A program made the position numbers and the translations under genes. A DNA stretch of 35,824 nt, taken from IMG/VR virus record IMGVR_UViG_3300028833_000009. One strand, 5' to 3'. The stretch comes from an uncultured virus (IMG/VR IMGVR_UViG_3300028833_000009). Taxonomy: Duplodnaviria; Heunggongvirae; Uroviricota; Caudoviricetes. Shown one piece after another: positions 22,499 to 35,500 of this stretch; positions within the stretch are counted from its first letter, which is position 1; every line of letters begins with the position of its first letter. The notes below the pieces were generated by a model. That model was not told the origin of the DNA. It searched no databases and saw only the letters and a list, made by a program, of their open reading frames with translations.

Positions 22499-25400
22499 TC
22501 ACCCCACAATCATCACAGTCACAGGAATGTTCTCACTTGGCTCATCCCCGTAACAGGTGAACGTCAGGCTGTCTGTCCCCTGCGCCGTGCAGAGAATCTT
22601 CCCAGCCGCCGCTGCGTCGATCTGGTCTGCGGTAGCCCCGCTCCCGATTCCGACAATGACGTTGCTGCTCGCCGTCACTCCCGTCGCCACAAGGGTCTGC
22701 GTCTGCGGCGTCGCGCTCGACCATGAACCGGCAGCAAGCGTCAAAGACAACGTAGTTACGCTGCTTTTCGGCTCTTCAGGTGTCACATTGCCATTAGAAT
22801 CAACAGTCAAAACTTTGCCCGCATTGGCAGCTCCTTGATTAATATTAATCTTACCTGAGATATCCTGATGAGAAGTCAATACTTTTGTCCCGCCGGAATA
22901 TAAGCAGCCATCTGTTCCAACATATGCCGTATCATGAGAATACGTCTGTGGATTAGCAGCCTGAGAAGTTGCACCGATCAGGAATATCTTGGAAGAAGTA
23001 TCCGTGGAACCTGCTGTATTTTTTGTGTCGGTATTTGGGTTTGCAGGGATTTTACCGGACGTTACAGAAAGACCCGTAACATGACCTTTTCCGTCTGTGT
23101 TCAGGGTTACGCCTTTTACTACGTCAATGCTCCATGCTGCTGTCGCTCCGTTCGCGGAAGCAGTAACATCAGAACCGGAAACTGTGGAAGGAGCATAGTG
23201 ATTAGCCGCACTTGTTACTTTTGTATCCGTGTTAGTATCCGTCCAAGGCACATTAACGGAAAGATATCCGCTCTTGTCAACGCCAACTGCATACTGTCTG
23301 CTTGCCGTGCTTCCCATTGCCGCCGAATCAAGCGTAGATGCAGTCTCACTCTTGAGCTTGGCCTTGATAGTACCGCTTCCGGTAATCGTGCCACCTGTAA
23401 GACCTACGCCTGTTGCAACGGAAGTGACTGTACCCGTGTTGGATGTCTTGCTATTCCAAGTGTATTTTTCACCTGTGGTAACAAGAGATACGTCAGTCCC
23501 GCCAGAAGCGGCGGCTTTGCTTGAATAGGTAGTGTTTGCATCGTCACGCCACGCGGGAGTGCCGCTGGCATCGGTTTTCCAAACCTTATTTACTTGACCA
23601 GAACCAGAAGCAACATAACCTTCGGAAGAAGAGCTATTAGCTTTCCAAGTATTATTATCGGTATACTTGTCTTGTGTCCATGAACCCCACGTGCCGTTTG
23701 AGCAAACTCTGCGATAGGTTGCTGAACCGGCCTGAAGAATCTGCGTATAATAAGAACCGCTTGCGCTGTGAATAACTTCAAGTCCGAAATTGTCAACGTT
23801 GCTCGGCTTGTTCGTGCAAGTGTTTCCATCGCCAGCATTGTAGAATCCGGGCTGAGTAAGAGTGTTCAGATCTTGATTTGTAAGCGTTGTAACGGTTGCA
23901 TAAACACTGGAGTTGGTATATGCGGCACTTCCAAGTCCTTTTACACTCACGTTTGTTCCGGCAATCTTCACTTGACCATTGGAGTCACCCGTTGACAAAG
24001 CAATGCCGTGTGTATGGTCTTGACGAGCATAGTTTGCAGAACTACCAGCTGCACCGGAAGAAGCAATGTTCCCTGGAGCGGCAGTCGCCGCTGTATACTT
24101 CGTATCTGTAGCCGCAATCGTAACCGTGCCACTCGAATTGGTGACGGACACATTGCTTCCGGCTTTCAGGTTGAGAGCAGTAGTATTATTACCGAGAATT
24201 TCAGTTCCATTCACCTGAATCGGACGATGGGTATTCGTGTCACTACCGGGAATGCCAAGAGCCGTAATATCTGCTTTTGCAACTGCGGTAGCCGCTGTAA
24301 CGTGACCTTGTGCATTAGTGGTGATCTTGTACAGCCCTTCACTAAACGCACTGCCCTTCGCTGAAGCGTGATCGTAAGCAGTCTTGCCCCTGTCACCACG
24401 ATACGCCGTAGAAGAAGTCTCGCCAAGTGCAAGCGAAGCGGAAATCTCAACATACGCTGTTCCAGACCAGCGATAGGTCTTGTTGGTGTCTTGGGCAATA
24501 TAAATCTTCCCCGTTTCGCCCGTTGTCGGAAAGGAAGAAGATTTATCATACTCAAGGACATCATCAACAAAGGACGGAAGCTGACTGGAAGGAACCTTGC
24601 CGTTGGCATCAAGCTCCGCAACGCCGTTTGCGGCTCCCTTCAGGTTAGCGTTCATCTTTCCACTGATGTCCTGATGACTCGTCAAAACCTTTGTACCACC
24701 AGAATACAGGCAACCGTCTGTTCCGACATAGGCTGTGTCATGCGAATACGTTTGTGGATTTGCCGCTTGACTGGTTGCACCGATCAAGAATATCTTAGAA
24801 GATGTGTCCGTAGAACCGGCTGTGTTTTTTGTGTCGGTATTCGGATTTGCGGGAATCTTGCCCGAAGTAACGGACATGCCAGTTACGTGACCTTTGCCGT
24901 CTGTGTTTAAAGTCACGCCCTTAACTACATCGATGCTCCAAGCGGCGCTTGCGCCTGACGCGGAGGCGGTTACATCAGAACCAGAAACGGTTGCTGGGGT
25001 ATAATGATTCGCTGAACTGGTAACCTTTGTATCCGTGTTGTTATCCGGAATTGTTATAGTTGTGGCAGAGCCGGAGGATGGTGTCAGCGTGATCTTATGT
25101 CCGTCCGAAGAGTCCTGTGTCAGCGTATATGTCGTATTCGTATTTGTTGCCGTAATTGTCACCTTATCGTTTGTTGCATCAGGAGTAAGGGTGACATTGC
25201 TACCTGCTACAAGCGTCAGGGTATCGGTTTTTCCATCTGCGGCAATGGTCGTACTTCCAACAACTACGTTAGAGAAGGCATTTTGGTTAACTTCTGCGCC
25301 AGATGCAATTCCGTCAAGCTTACTCTTATCCGTTGTAGACATAAGACCATGCGTTGAAGTGGTTGCATCGGAATAAGTGGTATTATTATCCGGAATGGTA

Positions 25401-27151
25401 ATGGTTGTCGCTGAACCTGAAGATGGCGTAAGGGTAATCTTATGTCCATCAGAAGAATCCTGTGTCAGCGTATAGGTTGTGTTTGTATCTGAACCAGGAA
25501 TACCAAGTGCAGTAATATCAGCTTTTGCAACAGCTGTTGCAGCTGTAACATGCCCATGAGCATTCGTGGTGATCTTGTACAAACCAGAGCTAAACGCACT
25601 ACCCTTCGCTGAAGCGTGATCATAAGCCATCTTTCCGCGATCGCCACGATATGCTGTAGAAGAAGTCTCGCCAAGCGCAAGCGAAGCGGAAATCTCAACA
25701 TACGCAGTTCCAGACCAACGATATGTTTTATTTGTATCCTGAGCAATGTAAATTTTGCCCGTTTCGCCCGTTGTTGGGAAGGAAGAAGATGTATCATACT
25801 CAAGAACATCATCAACATAAGAAGGAAGCTGACTGGAAGGAACCTTACCGTTCTCATCCAGTTCCGCAACGCCACTGTTCGCGCCCTTTATGTTGGCGTT
25901 CATTGGCGTAAAACCAAGCGCCGTCGTGACATTACTACTTGTAATTTCGCCACGAATCGTAGCAGATGATTTATTCTCAACGTTGCCAAGTCCAACATCG
26001 CCCTTTGCAAGGGACATAGCAGTCTTGAGTGTTGCAGCTGTAACGATGTCGGAAGTCGTACCATTTATGGTCTTTGTAAGCTTCTTATTTGTGGAATCAT
26101 AGGCAACCGTAGAAACAGTAGCAGACTTATCGGCTTTTCCGGAAATATTCTGGTGCGCAGTCAATACTTTCGTTCCACCGGAATATAAGCATCCATCTGT
26201 TCCGACATAAGCTGTATCATGGCTGTAAGTCTGAGGATTAGCGGCCTGAGAAGTTGCACCAATCAAGAATATCTTAGAAGATGTGTCCGTAGAACCGGCC
26301 GTGTTTTTAGTGTCGGTATCACTCCCTGGAATGCCAAGTGCTGTAATATCAGCTTTTGCAACAGCTGTTGCAGCTGTCACATGCCCCTGAGCATTCGTTG
26401 TAATTTTATACAAGCCGGAATCAAATGCACTACCTTTTGCTGCAGCATGTTCATAGGCGGTCTTACCACGATCACCACGATATGCCGTAGAAGATGTTTC
26501 ACCAAGCGCAAGATCGCTACCAATAGCAATATAAGAAGAACCATCCCATCTATAAGTGATGTTATTATCTTTAGCCACGTAAATCTTTCCGTCTTCTCCA
26601 GTAGAAGGGAATCCGGATAACGAGCTATAACTTTCCACATCATCAACATAACTAGGTAATTGAGAAGATGGAATTTTACCATTCGCATCAAGTTCAGCAA
26701 CGCCATTTGCTGCACCCTTAAGATTGGCATTTAATTTACTATTCCAAACAGCTTTTTCTCCAGTAGTAACAAGAGAAACTTCTGTCCCTCCACTTGCTGC
26801 AGCTTTATTTTCATATGTCGTATCTGTGAATTCAGCATCTGCAGGAACAGAAGCACCGATCGTAAAACCGCTGTCCTTAATAACCTTACCATCCGTTCCA
26901 TTAAATACGGCAATATGATTGTTTACTGCGCTATCTGGGCCTGTTACATCACCAGTGCCTTCAATCTCAACAGGCTTTACTTTTCCATCTGTACCAATAC
27001 CAAGAACTTTTCCGGCATTGGAAATCCCCTGAGATATGTTTACCTTATTAAGTAATGCACTGACAGCCTGAGATGCTGTTTGCCTTGCAGTAGCATCTTT
27101 TACATTAACTAAGTTACCATTTATTAGTTTTAATACTGAAGCGTCAGCCAT
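22499..27151 (-). CDS. modular tail fibre/adhesin (1550 aa) with repeated modules and a pyocin-knob-like domain
   Basis: 3x GVAELD.NGK.PSSQLPS.VDDV module; 3x [18 protein letters not shown] module; DLN.L..PGFY...N.P...W..W knob. Confidence 0.85.
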   Translation of the reverse strand: MADASVLKLINGNLVNVKDATARQTASQAVSALLNKVNISQGISNAGKVLGIGTDGKVKPVEIEGTGDVTGPDSAVNNHIAVFNGTDGKVIKDSGFTIGASVPADAEFTDTTYENKAAASGGTEVSLVTTGEKAVWNSKLNANLKGAANGVAELDANGKIPSSQLPSYVDDVESYSSLSGFPSTGEDGKIYVAKDNNITYRWDGSSYIAIGSDLALGETSSTAYRGDRGKTAYEHAAAKGSAFDSGLYKITTNAQGHVTAATAVAKADITALGIPGSDTDTKNTAGSTDTSSKIFLIGATSQAANPQTYSHDTAYVGTDGCLYSGGTKVLTAHQNISGKADKSATVSTVAYDSTNKKLTKTINGTTSDIVTAATLKTAMSLAKGDVGLGNVENKSSATIRGEITSSNVTTALGFTPMNANIKGANSGVAELDENGKVPSSQLPSYVDDVLEYDTSSSFPTTGETGKIYIAQDTNKTYRWSGTAYVEISASLALGETSSTAYRGDRGKMAYDHASAKGSAFSSGLYKITTNAHGHVTAATAVAKADITALGIPGSDTNTTYTLTQDSSDGHKITLTPSSGSATTITIPDNNTTYSDATTSTHGLMSTTDKSKLDGIASGAEVNQNAFSNVVVGSTTIAADGKTDTLTLVAGSNVTLTPDATNDKVTITATNTNTTYTLTQDSSDGHKITLTPSSGSATTITIPDNNTDTKVTSSANHYTPATVSGSDVTASASGASAAWSIDVVKGVTLNTDGKGHVTGMSVTSGKIPANPNTDTKNTAGSTDTSSKIFLIGATSQAANPQTYSHDTAYVGTDGCLYSGGTKVLTSHQDISGKMNANLKGAANGVAELDANGKVPSSQLPSFVDDVLEYDKSSSFPTTGETGKIYIAQDTNKTYRWSGTAYVEISASLALGETSSTAYRGDRGKTAYDHASAKGSAFSEGLYKITTNAQGHVTAATAVAKADITALGIPGSDTNTHRPIQVNGTEILGNNTTALNLKAGSNVSVTNSSGTVTIAATDTKYTAATAAPGNIASSGAAGSSANYARQDHTHGIALSTGDSNGQVKIAGTNVSVKGLGSAAYTNSSVYATVTTLTNQDLNTLTQPGFYNAGDGNTCTNKPSNVDNFGLEVIHSASGSYYTQILQAGSATYRRVCSNGTWGSWTQDKYTDNNTWKANSSSSEGYVASGSGQVNKVWKTDASGTPAWRDDANTTYSSKAAASGGTDVSLVTTGEKYTWNSKTSNTGTVTSVATGVGLTGGTITGSGTIKAKLKSETASTLDSAAMGSTASRQYAVGVDKSGYLSVNVPWTDTNTDTKVTSAANHYAPSTVSGSDVTASANGATAAWSIDVVKGVTLNTDGKGHVTGLSVTSGKIPANPNTDTKNTAGSTDTSSKIFLIGATSQAANPQTYSHDTAYVGTDGCLYSGGTKVLTSHQDISGKININQGAANAGKVLTVDSNGNVTPEEPKSSVTTLSLTLAAGSWSSATPQTQTLVATGVTASSNVIVGIGSGATADQIDAAAAGKILCTAQGTDSLTFTCYGDEPSENIPVTVMIVG

Positions 27152-27155
27152 GTTC

Positions 27156-27428
27156 TCACCTCATTCCATTTGGTATTTGATTTGCGGCTTCCTGGATCTG
27201 CTGTTTGGTGAGACCTCTTGTCTGCATCAGATACTGCAAAATCTGGTTCGGATTATTGCTTATCTGATCTGGAATATCCGGAAAATGCTGTTTGACAAAC
27301 GCCGCAGGATTTGTCATAGCCTGCATAATATACTGCATTTTATTGATAGGATTCTGAAATTGCATTCCGGATATATTTTGCTGAAAAGCTCCTTGAGGAT
27401 TCATCATCTGATAAAGCGGATTAGCCAT
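27156..27428 (-). CDS. small Q/N/P/M-rich protein (cluster gene 3)
   Basis: MANPLYQ...NP.QI.QYLM..G..T..Q. Confidence 0.8.
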   Translation of the reverse strand: MANPLYQMMNPQGAFQQNISGMQFQNPINKMQYIMQAMTNPAAFVKQHFPDIPDQISNNPNQILQYLMQTRGLTKQQIQEAANQIPNGMR

Positions 27429-27934
27429 TACCGATTCACGCCTCTCTGATTTCCGGATACATTACTTCCATTTTGATTTCCATAAGACTTACTCATGGAT
27501 GAAATGCTGTTCTGAAGCTCTTCTTTAAGCTGTTCCAGATCAGTCTTAGTCACATACTGACTCATATCATTTCCGGACATGCTGCCAGACTGCTGATTCG
27601 TATTTCCCGGAAGTACCGGAATGTGTTCATCCTCAATTGTATAATGAAGCTTCTGAATTGGATTCGCCATACCCATCTGATTCCAGCTCTTCAGATAAAT
27701 ATTTGTATCCTTGCTGTCCCAAAGTGGAATAGCGGTGTTTGGAGCCAGTCCATTAGGCATCTGAAATGCTATTGCCCCAATTTCTCCTTCGACCCATTCC
27801 ATGACTTTGGGTGTATTCTGAACAGGGGCGGGCATCTGCGGCTGATTATTATATGGCGCAAAAGATGCCTGACCGACAACCGGCTGATAAGAAGCAGGAT
27901 AAATCATGTTATATGGATTATAATACTGAGGCAT
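27428..27934 (-). CDS. hypothetical protein (cluster gene 2)
   Basis: Y/P/Q-rich N-terminus; WVEG..GA.A...LWDS....YLKS....G; YVTK.D.E.L. Confidence 0.85.
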   Translation of the reverse strand: MPQYYNPYNMIYPASYQPVVGQASFAPYNNQPQMPAPVQNTPKVMEWVEGEIGAIAFQMPNGLAPNTAIPLWDSKDTNIYLKSWNQMGMANPIQKLHYTIEDEHIPVLPGNTNQQSGSMSGNDMSQYVTKTDLEQLKEELQNSISSMSKSYGNQNGSNVSGNQRGVNR

Positions 27935-27952
27935 AAAGCATCTTCTCCTTCA

Positions 27953-28327
27953 TTATTTTATTTGCCAAAAGAAACTTGGAATCTCATTCCCAGAATCCCA
28001 GCTGTCATAATAATTACCATCAATCACGGCTACAGCATGACTTCCGGTTCCGATGATATAAATACCCTTCGGAAACCAGTTGCAAAATGCTCTTACAGAC
28101 AAACATCTGGGGCAAATATCCGGAAGCAGAAATGGCTCAAAACCCTTCTGATACAGATACTTGCCCCAGACTGAATCTGCACTTGGCATGTTACATTCCT
28201 GTCTGCCAAGCCAGCATAGTTCATCATAAACCTGATACCAATCACGGTTCAACGCAATCGATATGGCTCTTATTACACAATCCGGAACCTGCTTTTGGCT
28301 TGGATTTGGATTCGCAAAAATCCACAT
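27953..28327 (-). CDS. conserved-looking protein with Cys/His/Asp motifs, possibly papain-like fold (cluster gene 1)
   Basis: NPNP...DCVIRAI, G.YI...SHAVAVIDG.YYDSWDSG. Confidence 0.8.
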   Translation of the reverse strand: MWIFANPNPSQKQVPDCVIRAISIALNRDWYQVYDELCWLGRQECNMPSADSVWGKYLYQKGFEPFLLPDICPRCLSVRAFCNWFPKGIYIIGTGSHAVAVIDGNYYDSWDSGNEIPSFFWQIK

Positions 28328-28365
28328 TTTTCTCACCACCAGGCAGGACCAGGATCAGGTTCTAT

Positions 28366-28710
28366 TCATACAACACCATTCTTACTATTTTTTGCCTGTT
28401 GCATATATGTAATTTTGTGAATAGGCAGTTTGTTAACTTCTTCCATCAATCGTTTTGCGGTTCCATTTCCGCCCATCGCTTTATAAGGCTCATAAATATA
28501 CTTGTTAAGATCCTCATGCTCATCCTGAGAAATCCATCCTCGTTCGATATATTTCATGCAAAGATACACAATCTTATCATGACCGAGGCCTAGGATCATT
28601 CGTGTCTTAGCATCTTTCTTTTCTCTTCTTGTTCTCAGATATTCCCAGAATCCTGACGTTGCCAGAACAGCGACTAATATCGTCAGAATCCTTTCTACCC
28701 ATGGTGCCAT
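28366..28710 (-). CDS. single-TM phage membrane protein of the lysis module (holin-like); start revised to MAPW
   Basis: ILVAVLATSGFW TM; LGHD.I......Y..RG.I...E...Y.PY..MGGNG; GGAGGAG SD. Confidence 0.75.
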   Translation of the reverse strand: MAPWVERILTILVAVLATSGFWEYLRTRREKKDAKTRMILGLGHDKIVYLCMKYIERGWISQDEHEDLNKYIYEPYKAMGGNGTAKRLMEEVNKLPIHKITYMQQAKNSKNGVV

Positions 28711-28788
28711 TGTTATCTCCTCCCCTGACAGGAATGTCTGTAAAAATATCAAATCTGCAGTTTCTGCATTTATTTGGACACATCATTA

Positions 28789-29067
28789 TTATTCGTTTGG
28801 GTCTCCTGTCACTTTATCTTCCCAGGGAGCTTCATAGGACATGGCTCGGGCACTGTCATTAAGTCCCGCAGTTGTAGGATCAACCACTACACCGATCAGG
28901 CCGAGGAAAGTAAGAACCTGGCCAACAATGTCCATGACCAGGTTCTGCGTGATACTTGGAACGATATCAAATATCTTAAGAATATTAAAAATAAATCCGA
29001 CAATCAGGGAAATAAATGACGTAAGCCACGCCGCATTCTTGAAACGAACTTTCCAGTTAATTTTCAT
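28789..29067 (-). CDS. holin, phiLC3-type
   Basis: MKINWKVRFKN, two TM segments, G..VDPTT.G..DS.RA..Y..P. Confidence 0.9.
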   Translation of the reverse strand: MKINWKVRFKNAAWLTSFISLIVGFIFNILKIFDIVPSITQNLVMDIVGQVLTFLGLIGVVVDPTTAGLNDSARAMSYEAPWEDKVTGDPNE

Positions 29068-29302
29068 TTAGATCATTTCCTTTCGTTTCATCAGTTTCCT
29101 GCTTTTCTTCATTTTCTTTAGAATCCTCTTTGATTTTTTTCTCAATGCTATTTTTAATAAGTGTAAGGTTCTGAATAGCACTTGCAATAGGAATTCCGAC
29201 GGATTTTATAAGATATGCGGGAACCTGAATATTACTAAGTTCATTAATTGTATAAAGCATACCGCTAATTTCAGTATCAAAATATTTATTGTTCTCTTCC
29301 AT
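29057..29302 (-). CDS. small helical protein, paralog of 29333..29557
   Basis: L..I.VP......GIPI.....L. Confidence 0.75.
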   Translation of the reverse strand: MEENNKYFDTEISGMLYTINELSNIQVPAYLIKSVGIPIASAIQNLTLIKNSIEKKIKEDSKENEEKQETDETKGNDLNEN

Positions 29303-29332
29303 TTTGATTTGCTCCTTTTATGAAATATTAAT

Positions 29333-29557
29333 TTAATTCTCTTCGGAAGAATCATCAATTTGTACAAGCTCAACTACAGGTTCTTCATCTGTTTTTGCTT
29401 TTTCCTTATTATCAGCATCATTCCATGCATTTATACATGCTTTTAATCCATTAACACTTCTCGAAATGGGTATGCCAATAGACTCAATTTTACTTACAGG
29501 TACGTCGATTGCCTCCAAATCTTTAATCACATTTTCAATGATTTCCATAACTGTCAT
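29333..29557 (-). CDS. small helical protein, paralog of 29057..29302
   Basis: L..I.VP......GIPI.....L; AAGGAG SD. Confidence 0.75.
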   Translation of the reverse strand: MTVMEIIENVIKDLEAIDVPVSKIESIGIPISRSVNGLKACINAWNDADNKEKAKTDEEPVVELVQIDDSSEEN

Positions 29558-29572
29558 TTTAATTACTCTCCT

Positions 29573-32500
29573 TTATTGCTTAAAAGTAATGTACCATTTC
29601 TTAGATATAGAACCAACCTTAAAGTCAAGCTTTATGTAGCCATCTGTTGTTATGCTACTTGCTGTAACAGTTTTACCGGTATTGCTATAACCACTAATAG
29701 CAGAAGAAGTACCAACAAGCGACACAGACCAGCCACTAACATCTGTACTCGGAATTACATTACTCAAACGAGCTACTGTGCCATTATCATTATTTCTCAA
29801 ATCCACATGAGCGCCATTTGCAACCATTTTTAATTTGAGATCTGGGCTAGCACCAAATCTGGTAACAGTACAATTTTCATTTGATGTGTTACCACCAGGC
29901 CAGCCATAGTTACTTCCATTGGGAGTGATCTTTAATTTATAAGTGTATGAACTATCACCGCAAGCTGCAATCACTTTATACCAGTTAGTTTCATTTGATG
30001 GACGAGATGTACCAAGATCTCCATCAATGCCATCCGTTGGTTCTGCCGTGCCAAGGGATTGAATAGTTGCTCTTGGGCTATGACTTGCTGACACATTCAC
30101 CGTCACGCTACTGAAACCGACATTCCCACTTGACGGTGTATAAGTACCATTGGAAGTAATACTCTTGGTTTCCGTCGCAGGTGTAACTTTCAGTTTATAA
30201 TTCTTGGCCGATGTGCCGCATTTCGCTTGCATTGTATACCATGTTGTGCTGCTTCCAGGACTTATCGTTCCGATCAGATCATACCCGGAGCTATCAGGTT
30301 CGCTACTTTTTGCCGTGATGTCAACCGTAGCTGTAGGACTATGTGTAACAGAGGGAGCTGTAATTGTTGCGGTCTGGAACTCTGTATTACCAATTTTAAA
30401 ATGCACTTTATTGGTATTCCCGCTCCAGCCATCGATGGTATAACTTGTTGACCTTGTAAGAATATCATCATAGTCTCCAGAATCACTATCATGCTTTGCC
30501 ATAAATGCAATGGAACTAGAATCTGAAAGTGCTCTACCGAATGCCAGATTCAATTTCTGACTCGATCCAGTTCCGGCACTTGGACTGTATGTGATACTAG
30601 CTCTACCGGAAGTATTTAATGATTTTGTCCACGTACCTTTATTTACATTAACACTGTTTTGACCAGCAGTATATTTATTATGTGTATATTCAGCAACTGT
30701 AACAGCATTTGGAACACTCGTATTCTTAAGAACGACTTTATTGTTTCCCTCATCATACATCTGATACTTTGTTGTTCCCTGTTTAGTAGATGATGTCACA
30801 CTATTTATCGGATAGGAAACGTTGATGTAAGCATTTGATGCTTGTGAAGCAGGAATAGAAAGTTTAGATTTAGCAAGTTCATAGCCATTGCTATATGCAG
30901 GATTTGGAACTTGTGCTATGGTACTTGAATCAATTTTCATGTATGCATAGCTGTTATCAACGGTAACTGAAAATTTACGACTTAATACTGGTGTTGCATT
31001 TCCTGCATTATCATAAGCACGAATTACAATTATCGCCTCATTGTCTGCAACAATCTCACTGCCGATTGCCATTCCTATCTCTATTTTCTTACTGTCTCCA
31101 CCAGCTGAGGTATAAGTCATCTCTGCTCTTGCGGGCCTATTTGTGTTATTCCATAATGAAGTCGTCCACGAGCCTTCTGTTATTATACCTCCATTAGCAT
31201 ATGCAGAATGCTTTACTTGCGCTACTGTCGCAGAACCATATTTAATGTAAGCATAACTATTATCTGCACTTACAGTATAAGTATATTCTGTCGCTGTTCC
31301 ATTTACTGTGGAGTTCGGACGTTTTACAACAATGTTATTCGGAATATTCCCACTCGGTGTTGTTCCTTGCGTTGTTCCAGGGAAATCTCCGGTACTTGTT
31401 CTTGCATCACTCCAACCAGATGAATATAAACTGCTGACATCTAACGTTGATGTACCACTAATCTGTGTGCCACTGCTATTTTGTACTTGAACAGTTTTTC
31501 CACTTAATCCAAGTTTATATTGAGAACTTGAAACAGAAATCGCTCCGCTTTGCGTACTGTAATAAGCATCAATATAATAATTATTATCTGTTCCATGTAA
31601 AAACCTAGTGCTTATAGCCGGAGAAGAAACTTTAAGCGAGTCTCCTCTCTGATAAGCATTATCGGTTTTCTTAAATACTGGATACACGGTTAACGATGAT
31701 CCACTGCTCGTAGGATTCAAATCCAATGTTGTGATTTTAGCATTGGTACTTGTATTATTGGTAATATAAGTGTTGTGGTTGGCATCGTAGCCATTTCCAT
31801 AAGCAGGATTTGCAACTTGCGCTACTGTCGCAGAACCATATTTAATGTAAGCATAACTATTATCTGCACTTACAGTATAAGTATATTCTGTCGCTGTTCC
31901 ATTTACTGTGGAGTTCGGACGTTTTACAACAATGTTATTCGGAATATTCCCACTCGGTGTTGTTCCTTGCGTTGTTCCAGGGAAATCTCCGGTACTTGTT
32001 CTTGCATCACTCCAACCATCAATATATGGTTGATCACCAGTAGATGATGTGTATACAGTAGATGAGCCATTTCCATCTGGATTTGTACCAGTAACTATTA
32101 CTGTATAATTATGATCAGAAGAATTATGGGTCAACGTAACGCCAATTGTAGAAGTGAGTATACTTGTACCATCACGTTTAATATTTAACTTATTTGTGAA
32201 TGGTACCTGAGATGATGCTTTTTCCCATGCTGCGGTAACTGTCGAAGCTGGTACATTTACAACAACACTGGAAAAACCAATTTTACCATTACTTGGAACA
32301 TAAGGTGATCCACTAGGAGAATTGGCTGTTACAGTAAGAGGTTCAAGCGAAGTTGAAACATCATATGTTGCACTGTTTGAAAGTCTTACTCCATTAGCAT
32401 CCTGAATTTGAATACTCGTTCCGATAAGACCAAGTTTATAATATACTTTAGCAGCTTCGGATAATGTGCTTCCATTTCGAGTTGCCTCAATCCAATATTG

Positions 32501-35500
32501 CCCCTGCGTTGTATTAAATCTTGTTCGTATTGAATCTGTAATATTAGAAATATCTACTGTTAAACTGCTCAAACCAATCTTACCTTCTCCAGGAGTGTAA
32601 GTTGTAGTTGAATCAGGCTTAACAGTACGATTTTCAAGTACATCACTTAATCCAATAAGAACATTTTTTGTTGCAATATCCGTTGGTTGTACATTTGCAC
32701 TCGTTTGATACTTTAAAGTAATCGGTGCACTAATCGTTGTTGCATTCGTACGTGTGGATATGCCAGAACTTGACATTGAAAGAATATGTCTTCTTATAGA
32801 AGGCGTTCCGCTCAATGACACAATAAAATTCTGCACTGCACTTGGATTAGAGGATACGGTTAATGTGTCACCACTCCAATTTCCACTTAATTCAGGTGTA
32901 ATGGTTTCTGACGGTACATTTACAACAACACTGGAAAAACCAATTTTACCATTACTTGGAACATAAGGTGATCCACTAGGAGAATTGGCTGTTACAGTAA
33001 GAGGTTCAAGCGAAGTTGAAACATCATAAGAATCAGTATTAGAATATCTTATTCCATTTCCATTTTGAATCTGAACATTGGTTCCATTTAATCCAAGCTT
33101 GTATTGAGAGCTTTTTATAGATATTGAACCGCTTTGCGTACTGTAATGAGCATCGATATAATATTTACCATCACTTCCTGCAATAAATCCAGGAGCAACA
33201 GCTGGTGTTGATACAACTAATGATGATCCTCTCTGATAAGTATTATCAGTCTTTTTAAAAACTGGGTATATTGTTAATGATTTTCCACTATTCGATGGGG
33301 TTAAGTCATATGTCGTTATTTTTGCATTTGTGTTTGCATTATCAGTAATATAAGCACCATGCTCTGCATCATAACCTGAATTTTTGCCATCAGTATAAAA
33401 GCTTTCAGCATCGATTCTTGCTACAACATTACTGTTATATTTCAATTCAACAGTATGAATCGTTGAGCTTGTTCCTTGAGGCTTGAAAGCATCATTTTTA
33501 CTCAGTGAATAAGTATAAACAGTGGGATTCGTTGTTACACCATTTGCTTGATATTTGCTAACACTTATGCTTCCAGTCAATACCGCTCCAATATCACTTG
33601 TCGGCTGATTTACACCAGCACGCATATCGTTCCAACCAGCTTTATACCAGTCACTAATATCAATACGGGCTTTCAGATTTCCATTAAGTACGACAGACGC
33701 ATATCCAGACGTTCCAGGCGTGCCCTTCGTCATAGTGTACGTATATATGCCTTGACCACTGCGATCAGCCTTAGGGTATCCGATTGTAAAACTGTTACTT
33801 ACGTTTTGAGCGGTCTTCGTTTCAGGAGGATCAAAATACCCTTCTGCTGTGTCGTAACCAACATTCCAACCAGTATCATCTGTAAGATTCTCAACACGTG
33901 CAACGGTAACTCCACCTGGAGCCTTAATATACGCATAGTCATCATCTACAGTTACCGTATATGGAATACTTCCGTCGGTACCGTCTGGAGTCGTCTTGTT
34001 CGGATATGTGATGGTGAGCGTGTTTGTAATATTTGAAGGCTGTGTTGTAGGAGTATTAACTTTTCCTGCCGCATTCTTCCAACCATTATCATATTTGGAT
34101 TTCAGAATATCTGTCGCGTTTACATTAATTGTAAACGGATGTCGTTCTGTTCCATGCACCCAAATATCGGATGCGTCATCATAATAATCTGTAGTTACTG
34201 CACCACCGACTGTCAAATATCCAGTAACTGTAGACTCTTCAACACTCTTGTACTTAATTCCAAGCAACTCATTCGGATCGCCCGTGAACCCAATTGTATA
34301 TTTGGGTGTTGTTTCTCCAGTTGGTGCTACTGTCAATGTGCTGCCGCTCCATGTACCGGAGAGGGATGAAGCGGCCTTCTTAAAATTTATGCTGGGCGAC
34401 GACGCCGCATCCCCCTTCTTCCACATTTTCAGTGTGTTTGTCTTTGTATCTACCTCGGCTTTTACGATCATCCCGGCCACATCAGACATCTGCAGGTTGT
34501 AGTATTCGCCTGTCTGTGAACCAATAAATTTAATACCACCACCGCTTTTGATGCTTACATCGTTAGCGCTCAATGTGCCGTTGTTGATCGACACCTGCCG
34601 CCCGTCGGTGTTCTGAAATACCGCCGTACGATCCACTACCAGATTTCCGTCGTCAATCTTAAGCGTTCCTTTCAGCGTTGTTTTACCGTCGATCAGAACC
34701 TTGTCTGCGCTGATCAACACTTGGCCTTCGCCCGTTTGGTTATTAATAGATGTAGCAATCTCTGAAGCCTTAATATTTCCACTTGTATCAACAACTTTTT
34801 CAATTCTTGTTCTAAATCCTTCGGTTGTATTCTCAAGCGTACTAATTTGTCCTTCTGTGGTACTTACCTTATTAGTCAACCCATTAACAGTATTGCTGAG
34901 TGTGCTAATTTTACCGTCAGAATCATAAACTTCATGATGTAAACCATCGGCTGTGTTTTTAAGTGTACTAACTTTGCCTTCCGCAGTACTAACTCTATTA
35001 GTTAACCCGTCAACAGTATTAGTAAGTATGCTGATTTTACCATCTGAATCATAAACTTCATGACTTAAGCCATTAGCTGTGTTTTTAAGTGTACTAACTT
35101 CGCCTTCTGCAGTACTAACTCTGTTAGTCAACCCGTCAACAGTATTACTGAGTGTACTAATTTTACCGTCAGAATCATAAACTTCATGATGTAAACCATC
35201 GGCTGTGTTTTTAAGTGTACTAACTTCGCCTTCCGCAGTACTAACTCTATTAGTTAACCCGTCAACAGTATTGCTAAGTGTGCTAATTTTACCGTCAGAA
35301 TCATAAACTTCATGACTTAAACCATCGGCTGTATTTTTAAGTGTACTAACTTTGCCTTCCGCAGTACTAACTCTATTAGTTAACCCGTCAACAGTATTAG
35401 TAAGTATGCTGATTTTACCGTCAGAATCATAAACTTCATGACTTAAACCATCGGCTGTATTTTTAAGTGTACTAACTTTGCCTTCCGCAGTACTAACTCT

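Noticed and set aside
31215..33027. Diversity-generating retroelement template/variable repeat pairs
   Set aside because: Copies are exact and in frame with no adenine-specific mismatches; no reverse transcriptase in the window
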